Positions 21,975 to 32,307 are shown, counted from the first letter of the stretch. The stretch is DNA of 64,000 nt from Methanocella sp. (GCA_050261115.1 JBLNCY010000010.1:64001-128000); one strand, 5' to 3'. Notes: a model not told the origin generated them from the letters alone. Program-made: numbers and translations.

Positions 21975-24038
21975 ATGAAAAACTTTCCTGCGCTTACCAT
22001 AAAAAAGGAGCAGCTTTCGCGGTTTAGCGAGGTTATTGCGCAGGAGTGGCTAATCACCAATGGATTAGGTGGTTATGCCTCCTCCTCGGTTCTGGGCATC
22101 AACACACGAAAGTATCATGGGTTGCTGGTTGCTGCGCTCGATCCGCCGGGGGGGCGCACCGTTTGTCTCGCTAAAGTCGACGAGGATCTCTTAGTTGGCG
22201 ACGGCATCTTTCGGTTGGGCTCTAACGAGTTCGCTGACATCACTTTTCCCCAAGGGTACACGTTTATCGAGGAGTTCAAGCTAAACCCCCACCCCACATA
22301 CCGATACCAAACCGGCAACATAGCCATAGAAAAAACGGTCTTTATGCCCAGGCACAAAAACGCCGTTGCAGTCCTCTATCAAGTCACCAATCACAACAAC
22401 ACCGACGCCGCAATTCGTCTCTATCCACTGCTGAACTGCCGCTACTACCATAACGTCACCGATAACCAGCGCGCACTCCTGCAGTTCACCCAACAAGCCC
22501 GCCAGCAATCAACGAAGATAACCTTCCAGAATCCATCGGCAACCATCCTCTGCAAGGTCACGGAGGGCCGCTTTGTGCAGGGGATTAATTGGGTTAGGCG
22601 GCTGCATTACCGTGATGAGTCGTCGCGGGGGGAGGCAGCGTTTGATGACTGCTTCCAGCCAGGGTACTTCGAGTCGGTGTTGCCCGCGCAGTCTACAAAG
22701 AGTTTTGCCATAACCTGTTCGGTGGATAGATTAGAATCTGGAGCGGAGGCGGATTTGCAATCTCTGGGAGCCACAACCCAAGAAACCCAAAGCGCATTTG
22801 CAAATGAAGTGAAGCGGGTAGAGGCGCTGTTAACTGGCTTTTACAAGTCTCATCCGGGTGTTTCTCGTAGTGACTGGCTAGATTGGGTGTTGTATGCGTC
22901 GGATTCGTTTGTGGTTAAAAATCGTCATGGAGGGCCTGATGTTATTGCGGGTTATCACTGGTTTGAGCCGTGGGGCCGTGACACTTTCATTTCGCTGCCG
23001 GGGCTGTTGCTGGTAACGGGCCGGTTTGGTGAGGCTAAGGAGATTTTCCGCAGCTTCATCAGCGCCCTGAAAGGTGGCTTGATTCCCAACTTTATAGCTG
23101 ACAAAACCGGCGACTATGCCTACAACACCGTCGACGGAACGCTGTGGTACATCAACGCCGTTTTGCAGTACATAAAATACACTGGCGACTTAACGTTTGT
23201 CCGCTCGGAGCTGTGGAGCGACTTGCAGGCGATTATTGAACATCATCGGCGTGGCACCATGTTTGGTATTCGGGTCGACGAGGACGGGTTGCTTCTGCAT
23301 GGTCCCCAATTGACGTGGATGGATGCGTCTGTGGACGGCGTAGAAGTCACGCCCCGAGCGGGCAAGGCGGTGGAGATACAGGCGCTCTGGTACAACGCTT
23401 TATGCGTCATGGAGCGGCTTGCCGGAGAGTTTGGCGAGGAAACCATGCGGTCGGAGTACGCCGAATTAGCGCAGCAAGCCCGCCGCAGCTTCAACAACAG
23501 ACTCTGGAACCCCATCCGCGGCTGCCTCTTTGACGTGCTTGAACCCAAAGCCATCGACGCCTCACTCCGCCCCAATCAAATCCTAGCCGTGTCCCTGGAT
23601 TATTCCATGCTTAATTCGGAGTCAAGCCGTAAAGTCGTCGAAGTCGTAAAGCAGGATCTCGTAACGTCATATGGTCTGCGGACGCTGTCGCTTGATGACC
23701 CCAAATTCGTCGGCAAATGCCACGGCGACCGCCGCAGCCGAGACGCCGCCTACCACAACGGCACAATCTGGCCTTGGCTACTGGGCCCCTACATATCAGC
23801 ATACCTAAAAGTCAACGACTACACAAAAGAAGCCCGCCAAGAAGTCCAAGAAAAACTCGTCCTCCCCTTCTTCACGGAAGGCATCAGACGAGGCGGGTTG
23901 GGCACCATCAACGAAATCTACGACTGCGACCCGCCCAACGAGCCACGCGGCTGCATCTCCCAAGCCTGGAGCATAGCCGAACCCCTGCGAGCCTACATCG
24001 AGGATGTTTTGCTATTTAAGCCGAAATTTACTGTTTGA
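21975..24038 (+). CDS. Glycogen debranching enzyme (amylo-alpha-1,6-glucosidase), archaeal type
   Basis: EWLITNGLGGYA, AGYHWFEPWGRDTFI, LTWMDA, YHNGTIWPW, QAWS. Confidence 0.95.
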   Translation: MKNFPALTIKKEQLSRFSEVIAQEWLITNGLGGYASSSVLGINTRKYHGLLVAALDPPGGRTVCLAKVDEDLLVGDGIFRLGSNEFADITFPQGYTFIEEFKLNPHPTYRYQTGNIAIEKTVFMPRHKNAVAVLYQVTNHNNTDAAIRLYPLLNCRYYHNVTDNQRALLQFTQQARQQSTKITFQNPSATILCKVTEGRFVQGINWVRRLHYRDESSRGEAAFDDCFQPGYFESVLPAQSTKSFAITCSVDRLESGAEADLQSLGATTQETQSAFANEVKRVEALLTGFYKSHPGVSRSDWLDWVLYASDSFVVKNRHGGPDVIAGYHWFEPWGRDTFISLPGLLLVTGRFGEAKEIFRSFISALKGGLIPNFIADKTGDYAYNTVDGTLWYINAVLQYIKYTGDLTFVRSELWSDLQAIIEHHRRGTMFGIRVDEDGLLLHGPQLTWMDASVDGVEVTPRAGKAVEIQALWYNALCVMERLAGEFGEETMRSEYAELAQQARRSFNNRLWNPIRGCLFDVLEPKAIDASLRPNQILAVSLDYSMLNSESSRKVVEVVKQDLVTSYGLRTLSLDDPKFVGKCHGDRRSRDAAYHNGTIWPWLLGPYISAYLKVNDYTKEARQEVQEKLVLPFFTEGIRRGGLGTINEIYDCDPPNEPRGCISQAWSIAEPLRAYIEDVLLFKPKFTV

Positions 24039-25059
24039 TTGCCCTCTTGAGCGCTTCTGCGGCTGATTCAGGCAGAACAGTATTGATGTAGACGCCTGTG
24101 CTCTTTTCGAACCCAGCCCAGGTTGCCAGCTTGGGGTAAACCTCTAAATGCCAATGATACCCATCCTCGGCTATGGATTGGTGAATGCCAAAGTTGTATG
24201 GTGGATCGTTCACTACCTCTTTTAGCGCTCCTAACCCTGCCTTAAGCGCCATGGCAAAAGATGTCACCTCGGCCGGGGTGAGGTCGGCTATGTTTGCGGC
24301 GTGCCGCTTGGGAACAATCCAGAACTCCATCGGATTCACACTCGCATAGGGCGCAAATGCGACAAAGTCGCTGTTTTGGTAGATGCCCCGCTGGGTTATG
24401 ATTTCCCGTTGGGCTATGTCGCAAAAGACGCATCTGCCATGCGCCTGCTGGTAGGCTTGGGCGGCTTGCTGCTCCTCAGCCACTATGGCGGGTACCATCG
24501 GGGTGGCGATGATTTGGCTATGGGCATGCACCAATGAAGCGCCTGCTTCTAAGCCGTAGTTGCGGAAAATCGACACATACTTCACGTAGGATTTGCCGCT
24601 AAGCACCCTAAACCGCTCAATGTAGGCGTTAATTACCCGCTCCATCTGGGACAATTCAACGTCGGCCAAGTTTTCGTTGTGGTTTGGGGTTTCGACTAGT
24701 ACTTCGTGGTAGCCGATGGCGTAGCCGAATTCTGGGCTGACAAAAATCTGGCCGGTGTCTTTTGATCGCTGTGGCGGGGAGAAGGCTGGGTAGAGGTTTG
24801 GGAAGGCGCGTATGAGCCAGTTTTGGGGGCGTTTGCCCTCTGGGGGATCTTTGCCCTTGGTAATTGTGTCGCCGTTCTTCTGGTAGAGTAGAACAGCCGG
24901 GGGCGTCATGTATTCATGTCCAACGCAGAGAGGGCAATTTGGGTTTTTGGCTGCTTCTGGTCGAGTTTTTGCAAGGTCGGTGGGTCGTTTGCTGCGTTCT
25001 TTTGCGATTACGACCCAGCGGTTAAGCAGGTAATCTTTTCTAAGTTCATTGTAAGGCAT
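24028..25059 (-). CDS. galT: Galactose-1-phosphate uridylyltransferase family (GalT-like)
   Basis: CPLC, NLYP, GASLVHAHSQ, YHWHLE, AGFE. Confidence 0.88.
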   Translation of the reverse strand: MPYNELRKDYLLNRWVVIAKERSKRPTDLAKTRPEAAKNPNCPLCVGHEYMTPPAVLLYQKNGDTITKGKDPPEGKRPQNWLIRAFPNLYPAFSPPQRSKDTGQIFVSPEFGYAIGYHEVLVETPNHNENLADVELSQMERVINAYIERFRVLSGKSYVKYVSIFRNYGLEAGASLVHAHSQIIATPMVPAIVAEEQQAAQAYQQAHGRCVFCDIAQREIITQRGIYQNSDFVAFAPYASVNPMEFWIVPKRHAANIADLTPAEVTSFAMALKAGLGALKEVVNDPPYNFGIHQSIAEDGYHWHLEVYPKLATWAGFEKSTGVYINTVLPESAAEALKRAIKQ

Positions 25060-25188
25060 TGTGGGCGCCAGTATACTTTGGTCGGTTGATTATATTTTAG
25101 GTTTACCAAGGGTTCCGAAGTCCTTATGGCTTGATGATTGCTTGGGGCTTAGGACCAAAGGATTGGTTAGCTTTTTATACTTACCCCT

Positions 25189-26823
25189 ATGGTAATATTT
25201 TTGGGGGCTGTCACCTCTCTGGGAACCATCCAAAAAACATGGTTCACTCTAAGGAAGGCGGCGCTTAACAAGTGGCGGTTGGCATTCGCCGCCTTTGCTT
25301 TAGCCTACACACTAATTCTCTTCAGCAACTTTTTACGGTGGCCACTTGTCTGGGATGAAGTTGTCCACCTCAATGCAGGCAGTTTCCTCTCTTGGGGGCT
25401 CATTGACAAATTCGTATTAAATGCCTTCTACCCGCCCCTCTTTGACTGTCTAATCTTTCTATCCTTTGAAACATTCGGGGTATGCCTCTTTGCAGCTAGA
25501 CTAATTCCTGTACTTTTTTCTGTTCTTGCTCTATGGTTAACCTTTGAGTTAGCACAAAGCATGTATGGTGGAAAAGTCGGTTTGCTCTCCGCAGTAGTAT
25601 TGGGGGTGATGCCTGGGTATTTCTGGGTCTCGCAGTCGGCGCTGCTTGAATCGTCGCTGGTGTTTTTTGTGGTGGCTTCCCTGTTGTTCTTCTATCGCTG
25701 GCTGGTCACTCGGCAAGACCGCATGCTAGTATTTACGGGATTAGCGGTTGGTTTAGGCTTTCTGACTAAGTACCAAATTATTGTTGCAGGCATAATCCTT
25801 GCCATTAGCATCCTTTTCCTGGCAAAGGACCAACTAAAGCTGGCATACAAGAAATTCATGATAACCTTTGTAACCGCTGTTTTAGTGGTGACGCCCTGGA
25901 TTCTTATAGTCTACGATATTTATGCGGATAATTTTTTGCAGCAATGGCTCTATGCCGTTCAAGTGGGCAATCCTGAACGCTCTGTCTATAGTGAGCGCTT
26001 CTTTGCGCCAGTCTTCTATCTAGTAGACGTTGTCTGGCCCTATGATACGGTTCATCCCATCTCAGTATTCATCTATATCGCGGGATTAGTGGGGCTGACG
26101 TTTTTTGCTTTGCGACGCAAGACACAGGATAAGTATGTTCTGATATGGTTTGTTTGCATCTATGTGTTCTTTACGTTGATTTCCAATAAGTCTTGGCGGT
26201 ATGTACTGCCCCTGTTTCCTGCTTTGGCGATTTCTGCCTCAGTTATCTTTGTGGAAGCATATGGGAAGCTGCATAGTTGCTGGCGGCAGGGCATCGGTAC
26301 CCCACAGCAAAGACGCCTCTACAAGGTTGCAGGAGGTTTACTTGTTGTCTTTGTTGCAGGCTCAATTGCTTACAGCGTTTATGACTGCTACGGGATAGCT
26401 GCTCCTCACGATATAGACATCCCGATTGAGCAGGCAACAAACTATGCCTATCGCAACATTGACTACAATAAATCAATCATGGTGCTCTGCCCCTTTGACT
26501 TGTTTAACCGCGAAATGGTTCGCTTCTACCTCTGGCAAGACGGCGACAACGACATCCCTGTATTCCAGTACCCCCGCCACGCAGTCGACAGCTATGCACC
26601 TGACTTTAACATAACCGAACTCGTCAGACTGTGCAAGGTGCTAAACGTGCATTACCTTTTCACCTATGAGTACGGTGGAACAGTTCCCTACTTCAATTCT
26701 ACGCTTAACTTGCAGCAGATATATCAGCAGCTCTACGCGTCAGGCAACTTTACGCAGATAAATGATGAAGCTACGTTTGGCGAGAGTCCCCGAAGGATAT
26801 TCGTGCTAGAATTCATTGGGTAG
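25189..26823 (+). CDS. GT-C fold glycosyltransferase (GT39/ArnT-like)
   Basis: WDE, YPPLF, LTKY, RYVLP in a multi-TM protein. Confidence 0.85.
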   Translation: MVIFLGAVTSLGTIQKTWFTLRKAALNKWRLAFAAFALAYTLILFSNFLRWPLVWDEVVHLNAGSFLSWGLIDKFVLNAFYPPLFDCLIFLSFETFGVCLFAARLIPVLFSVLALWLTFELAQSMYGGKVGLLSAVVLGVMPGYFWVSQSALLESSLVFFVVASLLFFYRWLVTRQDRMLVFTGLAVGLGFLTKYQIIVAGIILAISILFLAKDQLKLAYKKFMITFVTAVLVVTPWILIVYDIYADNFLQQWLYAVQVGNPERSVYSERFFAPVFYLVDVVWPYDTVHPISVFIYIAGLVGLTFFALRRKTQDKYVLIWFVCIYVFFTLISNKSWRYVLPLFPALAISASVIFVEAYGKLHSCWRQGIGTPQQRRLYKVAGGLLVVFVAGSIAYSVYDCYGIAAPHDIDIPIEQATNYAYRNIDYNKSIMVLCPFDLFNREMVRFYLWQDGDNDIPVFQYPRHAVDSYAPDFNITELVRLCKVLNVHYLFTYEYGGTVPYFNSTLNLQQIYQQLYASGNFTQINDEATFGESPRRIFVLEFIG

Positions 26824-26948
26824 CTATTGAATGGCTAATATGAATGAATCTATTTTTAGCCTTTATTCTACAGAACTCACAAAGCATAATATCGGTTTAT
26901 AGCAAGCTTTTAATTTTTAACCACAGCTATAACGGAGAAGGGATTGTT

Positions 26949-27050
26949 ATGGAAAAGAAGTGTGCAATCTGCAAAAAAACCTACACTACCTTTGATGCTA
27001 AATCGAAATACTGTAGTAGTGCCTGCGCGAAAAAAGGCGGCAAAAAATAG
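26949..27050 (+). CDS. 33-aa zinc-finger microprotein
   Basis: MEKKCAICKK..KYCSSACAKK; GGAGAAGGGA SD-like upstream. Confidence 0.65.
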   Translation: MEKKCAICKKTYTTFDAKSKYCSSACAKKGGKK

Positions 27051-27130
27051 AGACACGCACGCGATTATCCACTAACCCCACCTCTATTTTATAGAAACCC
27101 CTAGTCCGTGGAGCTTCTACAGAACTGGGG

Positions 27131-28156
27131 TTAGAGGGGAAATTTAGGGCCGAACTTGGCAAAGTCCCTCTTCTTATAAACGCCGCTCTCTGTTATGATG
27201 CCACTGACGTACTTTAGCGGTGTCGCGTCAAAAGCGGGGTTATAGACTGCTATGCCGTCGGGGGCTGTCTGCTGGCAACCCACATGCGTAACCTCCTCGA
27301 TTTTGCGTTCCTCGATTTCCACGTCGGCGGCTTTGCGGGTTAAGTCAAAGGTGGATTTCGGCGCCGCTACATAAAACGGAATATCATGCTCATGCGCCAA
27401 GACAGCAACACCGTAAGTGCCGATTTTGTTAAACACCGCATCCTGCACGATGCGGTCAGCCCCTACAATAACCTTGTTAACAAGTCCCTTGCTCATGACA
27501 TGTGCTGCCATGTTGTCGGTGATTAATGTAACGGGGATGCCATCACGCTTCAACTCATAAGCCGTGAGGCGTGCGCCTTGCAGTAGCGGGCGGGTTTCGT
27601 CTGCTATAACCTTGATTTTTTTGCCCTCTTCCCAAGCAGCACGGATTACTCCAAGAGCGGTGCCATATTCTACGGTTGCTAATTCTCCAGCATTGCAGTG
27701 GGTTAAGATGGTGTCGCCGTCTTCAATGAGTTTAGCTCCGTGTTTACCTATGGCATGGTTCTGCTGAGCATCTTCATCCGCGATGGCCTGGGCTTCCTCG
27801 ACGACGACCGCTTTAAGCTGCCCTACGCTCCCTTGGGCGGCTTTGGCTTTGTTCAAAACTCGATCAACGCCCCAGAACAAATTAACCGCAGTGGGCCGTT
27901 GGCGTTTTATTAGGTTACCCGCCGCTTCTATTTCTCTGTAGAACTGGGCGGCAGTTTTAGCTTTGCTGTTATACGCCGCTATGGCTACACCGAATGCCGC
28001 TGCTGCGCCAAGTAGGGGTGCGCCTCTTACTCGTAGCGTCTTGATTGCTTCTGCCATTTGCTCTACAGTTTTGATTTCTAGGGTGACTTCTTGGAGGGGG
28101 AGTTTGGTTTGGTCGGGGGTGATTACTGTGCCGTTTTGCCACTTTATCATCCGCAT
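27131..28156 (-). CDS. mtnA: S-methyl-5-thioribose-1-phosphate isomerase
   Basis: DQTKLP, VRGAP, RPTAVNL, THCNAG, ETRPLLQGARLT, NKIGT, NPAFD. Confidence 0.92.
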   Translation of the reverse strand: MRMIKWQNGTVITPDQTKLPLQEVTLEIKTVEQMAEAIKTLRVRGAPLLGAAAAFGVAIAAYNSKAKTAAQFYREIEAAGNLIKRQRPTAVNLFWGVDRVLNKAKAAQGSVGQLKAVVVEEAQAIADEDAQQNHAIGKHGAKLIEDGDTILTHCNAGELATVEYGTALGVIRAAWEEGKKIKVIADETRPLLQGARLTAYELKRDGIPVTLITDNMAAHVMSKGLVNKVIVGADRIVQDAVFNKIGTYGVAVLAHEHDIPFYVAAPKSTFDLTRKAADVEIEERKIEEVTHVGCQQTAPDGIAVYNPAFDATPLKYVSGIITESGVYKKRDFAKFGPKFPL

Positions 28157-28273
28157 GTATGGTGCCTTCTAATTGGCTTAGTATTTGTGTGCTTAGTTAA
28201 AGTTTTTCTGCCCGCATGGGCGCTTTGTTGCGCTAAGCGCCTGTCCAATAGTTCCAAAGACAAAAAGATAAGA

Positions 28274-29026
28274 TTAAGAGGAGTTGTCAAGCGGGGACTT
28301 GAGGTTTGTCACAACCTCAACAGGATTATCAGCGGTGCTTTTTAGACGCTTCTTCCATTCTTCGCCCACCGCAATCAGCGAAAAGATACCTGAGACCTCT
28401 GCTTTAGACTTCTTGACAAGGTTCACAAGGGCTTCTTGGGTATCTCCACTTTTTATCATGTCATCAACGATTAGGACGCTGTCGCGTTTCTTGATGGATT
28501 CTTTGGGGATATAGATTGTGACTGTTACGCCGCTGTCACGTCCTAGGATGTAGGTTTCTTCAAGGAAGGCTTTGACGCCGACTTCTTTGTTGCGTTTCGC
28601 GACGATTAGGTTAACGCCCAACGCGTTTGCAACCATGGTGGCAAGTGGGATGCCATCAGTTGCTGCGGTTAGAACTTTGGTGACGCGTTTGCCGGCGAAG
28701 TTGGCGAGTGCGTGGTTGGCGGCTTGCTGGAGGATGTTGTAGTCGCCGACGATTTCGGTGTTGTCAAAGTAGCCGATGTCGTCGAACTTGATTCGGCTGC
28801 GCAGTTCGGCTTCTAGCCCTACAAGTTTGGTGAGTACGCGCCAGAGCTGTTTTGCGCGTGTGGTGTTTGGGAGTACGTGGCCTTTTGCGTATCGGCTTAG
28901 TACGGTTACGGGTAAGCCTGTTTTGGTGGCTAACTCGCGGTAGGTGATGTTTCTTTTGTACTTTGCAGTACGTAGTAGTTCGATGGTCATTAATCTTAGT
29001 TTAAGGTCTTCTGCGTGGGTGCTCAA
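28274..29026 (-). CDS. HTH-phosphoribosyltransferase fusion (PurR-like regulator / purine PRTase)
   Basis: TYRELATKTGLPVTVLSRY HTH; VLIVDDMIKSGDT PRPP-binding loop. Confidence 0.85.
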   Translation of the reverse strand: MSTHAEDLKLRLMTIELLRTAKYKRNITYRELATKTGLPVTVLSRYAKGHVLPNTTRAKQLWRVLTKLVGLEAELRSRIKFDDIGYFDNTEIVGDYNILQQAANHALANFAGKRVTKVLTAATDGIPLATMVANALGVNLIVAKRNKEVGVKAFLEETYILGRDSGVTVTIYIPKESIKKRDSVLIVDDMIKSGDTQEALVNLVKKSKAEVSGIFSLIAVGEEWKKRLKSTADNPVEVVTNLKSPLDNSS

Positions 29027-29255
29027 TTCCCTGTTACTCCCGGATTTACATTTCTAAGTCAAATCTTAAATGTATTGCTATTATCCGGAGTTGGAGATTT
29101 ATAACTTTCCGTTACAACATTTAGAAGAACAAATCAGTAAAGGACAGAAGGTTTCCCTTCATATCGAGGTCTCTTGACTAGGTCTTTGAAGATGCCGCGA
29201 ATGATATGTTTTTTAGCCTGAAAGTCGACTCCTATACAAAAGGGGGACCGACAGA

Positions 29256-29810
29256 ACGCAGAAGCTCCAGCGACTATTCATAATCGCCTTATTCGGTGCC
29301 ATAATATTTGTCGGTAACCTGTTCCTTCCTCCACCGCTCAACTACCTCATGATGGTCGTTCAATCCGTCTTGCTTGCATTAGCATCCCTATTCATCCACA
29401 AAGTCGGCGCATCATATGTAGGTGCAATTGGCGGACTCTTAACAGCGCTTGCCAGCCCCTCACTTGGACCCTTTACCTTTCTCTTTGCCCTACTCTACGG
29501 CGTATACGTTGACATATTTATGGCTGTTTTCAAGGTTAGAGGATCCCGGGAAGGTGTAGACCGGAACCGCTTAATGGCAGCCATGACCTTTAGCACCCTA
29601 TTAATCGCCCTATCTAGCTATTCAGCGTTTGCCGTTTTCCCTGATTTCTTCTCAGCACAGGGCCTATCCTACTTTAGCCTATTTTTGCAGAGAAGCGCTA
29701 TGCTAGACGCGATGGTACTCTTTATGGGCCCCGCCACAGGCGTCACCGCGGGCTACGCCTCTGCTTACCTCTGGAACAGGTACCTCCGCCACATCAGCCT
29801 AACTAAATAA
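29256..29810 (+). CDS. Integral membrane protein, ECF S-component-like (true start upstream of ATG 29349, uncertain)
   Basis: Hydrophobic frame open from 29217 with an extra TM helix (RLFIIALFGAIIFVG) before the first ATG; GASYVGAIGGLL. Confidence 0.6.
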   Translation, partial: TQKLQRLFIIALFGAIIFVGNLFLPPPLNYLMMVVQSVLLALASLFIHKVGASYVGAIGGLLTALASPSLGPFTFLFALLYGVYVDIFMAVFKVRGSREGVDRNRLMAAMTFSTLLIALSSYSAFAVFPDFFSAQGLSYFSLFLQRSAMLDAMVLFMGPATGVTAGYASAYLWNRYLRHISLTK

Positions 29811-30072
29811 AAGTGGCTTTGATTTTCTGGTCAACAACCTTAGCTATCAAAAGGTTAGAAATAAAAACACACTTTACACCCAACAACTCGGCCAACTCAG
29901 CGGGCTTCTGATCCTGCGTAACCAAAAGCAGCCCATATTTGCAGGCATACTCCACTAGCTCACGGTCTTTGACGCTTTTAAGCCCAGCCTCCTGAGCCGT
30001 TACAACCTCATAACCCATGGTCTCAAAGTACTCTTTTAAGCCCGCAAGCATCTCGTCAAGTAAAAGCTTCAT
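29803..30072 (-). CDS. DUF5615/Mut7-C-type PIN-like protein
   Basis: MKLLLDEML..KDRELV..LLVTQD. Confidence 0.85.
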   Translation of the reverse strand: MKLLLDEMLAGLKEYFETMGYEVVTAQEAGLKSVKDRELVEYACKYGLLLVTQDQKPAELAELLGVKCVFISNLLIAKVVDQKIKATFI

Positions 30073-30126
30073 AGCATCCCTCCACTTAAACCATGATAAA
30101 ATATTTAGGGATTCCCAAAAGGGGGG

Positions 30127-30768
30127 CTACTCGATCAGTAGCAGAGCAAATGAGTCTGCGCTTTTGCTGAAAGGGAACTGGTAGTGGATGCCCGCGTTAG
30201 CCGCAGTTTTCTTAACGTTCACTCCAATGGCGTCCTCTGAAATGCGCATGAGTTCGGGGTGGCGACAGATTTTGGTTTCGGTGTTGCATTTCTCGCATAG
30301 CTGACAATGGCCCGAAACAAAAGCCATAGCCAAAGTGTAACCCTGATTCATAGCGGCTTTTTCAAGAGCAACGACGGATTGGAGCATCTTGAGTTTGCTG
30401 TCTTTCCAGCCCTGCCAGAATTTGGCGGCTTTCTCCTTGATGTCTTTTGGAACTTTGGGGTCTGTCTGATAAGTCATGAGGTATGGATAAACTTCGGGGT
30501 CGCAACTGGCCTGGGTGGTGAATTTCATAAACATTGCATAGCTGTATTCGCCAACGATTTTGCGAAACTGCTCCGCTGTGGGTGTGTAGGGTGGGCATGC
30601 GAGGGTTTCGCCGTAGTGGTTGCAGCCGACTTTGCATTTAAGCACCACTCGGTCTTCAATGATGACCTGGCTTGCTGGGATAATTTTGGCGTCTGCTGCA
30701 CCCGACTCGAGGGCAAGTTTAGCAAGGAACTGAAACTTTTCCGTTTCGGAACTGTTCATCTTACTCAC
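30127..30768 (-). CDS. DUF2284 metal-binding protein
   Basis: KCKVGCNHYG..CPP, GHCQLCEKC, CRHP..SEDAIGVNV. Confidence 0.88.
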   Translation of the reverse strand: MSKMNSSETEKFQFLAKLALESGAADAKIIPASQVIIEDRVVLKCKVGCNHYGETLACPPYTPTAEQFRKIVGEYSYAMFMKFTTQASCDPEVYPYLMTYQTDPKVPKDIKEKAAKFWQGWKDSKLKMLQSVVALEKAAMNQGYTLAMAFVSGHCQLCEKCNTETKICRHPELMRISEDAIGVNVKKTAANAGIHYQFPFSKSADSFALLLIE

Positions 30769-30968
30769 GATTCCGGCTGTGTGAGACTCCGAAACTTGAT
30801 ATAATATTTACGGCACGCCTCCTGCGATATCTATGGAGTGAGCCGAACGCTGGAAAGAAAAAACCGTTAGTTCAATAAATAAGCCGACCTTATTTGACCG
30901 AGACTGCTGGTTTATAAAAAAATGCTGAGTGGTTTTCCGCTATTACGCTAGCGGCCACTACCTGTTAG

Positions 30969-31190
30969 TTATTGCCAGTCTTTTCGGCGTCTAGACCATG
31001 CTTGTTGTTCGGTATCAGGTTTTCTTGGGCTTGTCTGGAATGACCTGTTAAATGTTTCTCTTCTAGGGGTTCTATGTTTGGGTAGGCATTCTCTACAGTA
31101 GACTGGTTTATCTGCTTGGGGTTTGAAGGGGACTGTGGCGGTTTTGCCGCAGTCGGAACATTTTATTTGGGTTGATTCGTTTGTTGACAC
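30969..31190 (-). CDS. CxxC-x17-CxxC zinc-ribbon protein
   Basis: CSDCGKTATVPFKPQADKPVYCREC. Confidence 0.9.
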   Translation of the reverse strand: MSTNESTQIKCSDCGKTATVPFKPQADKPVYCRECLPKHRTPRRETFNRSFQTSPRKPDTEQQAWSRRRKDWQ

Positions 31191-31518
31191 TTATTTTTCC
31201 TGTTAATATGATGCTTGAGATAATCGCAACTTAAATTAACAATGATAGTGTCGTTGGCTTAGACTTAAGTGTTTGGCATAAAACTTGGTTTTTCTCTTGA
31301 GGTTAATTGTTACTGTCGGTTAGCATTACTCTAATATAGTCGCCTTTATACTTGATTGATATTAGAATTCCTTAGAGGAAAGCAACAGTTCAAAAACTGG
31401 TTTTTCTCCAATCATTCTGATCATAGATTGAGGTGGGCTAAAGTTAGAGTTCAAGCAGAAAACCCCTGTGAAAACTTAGCCTTAACTGAAAATTTATAGA
31501 TAAACTGGAACGATAAAC

Positions 31519-32307
31519 ATGTCTGAACTAAATGATAATTGGCCAGAACCCGGCGACCTTGTAATGGCAACTATAAACACCGTGATGGATTATGGTGCAT
31601 ACGCAAACCTTGATGAGTATAACCGTCGCGGGTTCCTTCATATCTCCGAAATTTCAAGCGCCCGCATACGAAACATTCGGGATTTCGTTCGGTCAAATCA
31701 GAAACTGGTTCTGAAAGTCTTACGTGTGGATATCGAAAAAGGTCACATTGACTTATCGTTGAGGCGTGTTAATAGACGTGAGCGAATTGAGAAGATAAAG
31801 TCTTGGAAAGAGGACCGAAAAGCAGATGCCCTTCTTCATGCGGTGGCTGATAAGGCTGGTCTAACATTTGAAGAGGTTAACCAGCAGGTCGGCCTCATAC
31901 TTAGGGAAAAATTCGGTTTATACGCTGGGTTTGAAAAGGCCTCAAAAGAAGGCGCAAGTGTCCTTTCCTCGCTTGGTATACCTGAGAATCTCGCTAACAT
32001 AGTTGCCTTGGTCGCTGCAGAGCGTATTAAAGTAAAAATGGTGACCCTTCGGGGTATAGTGGAAGTGCGCTGTATGCAACCAAATGGGATAAAATGTATC
32101 AAAGAATCATTCAGTAAAGCAAAAAAAGCGCATAAGTATAAGGATGCAAAAATCGAGTTTTCTGTCATCGCTGCCCCAAAATATCGCGTTGAGGTTTCAG
32201 CAGAGAACTGGAAACGAGCGCAGGATGTAATAGAGCGGGTCGGTGAGAGCATAGTTGCTAACGTTACTAGCGCAGGCGGCAGCGGCAATTTTAAACTCGA
32301 CAAATAA
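31519..32307 (+). CDS. eif2a: Translation initiation factor 2 subunit alpha
   Basis: WPEPGDLV S1 domain, LHISEISS, GHIDLSLRRV, AAPKYRV. Confidence 0.92.
   Translation: MSELNDNWPEPGDLVMATINTVMDYGAYANLDEYNRRGFLHISEISSARIRNIRDFVRSNQKLVLKVLRVDIEKGHIDLSLRRVNRRERIEKIKSWKEDRKADALLHAVADKAGLTFEEVNQQVGLILREKFGLYAGFEKASKEGASVLSSLGIPENLANIVALVAAERIKVKMVTLRGIVEVRCMQPNGIKCIKESFSKAKKAHKYKDAKIEFSVIAAPKYRVEVSAENWKRAQDVIERVGESIVANVTSAGGSGNFKLDK

Noticed and set aside
29159-29208. CATATC..GATATG stem with GACTAGGTCTTTGAAG resembling a SAM-I riboswitch
   Set aside because: Too short; lacks P3 GCAACC and P4 elements
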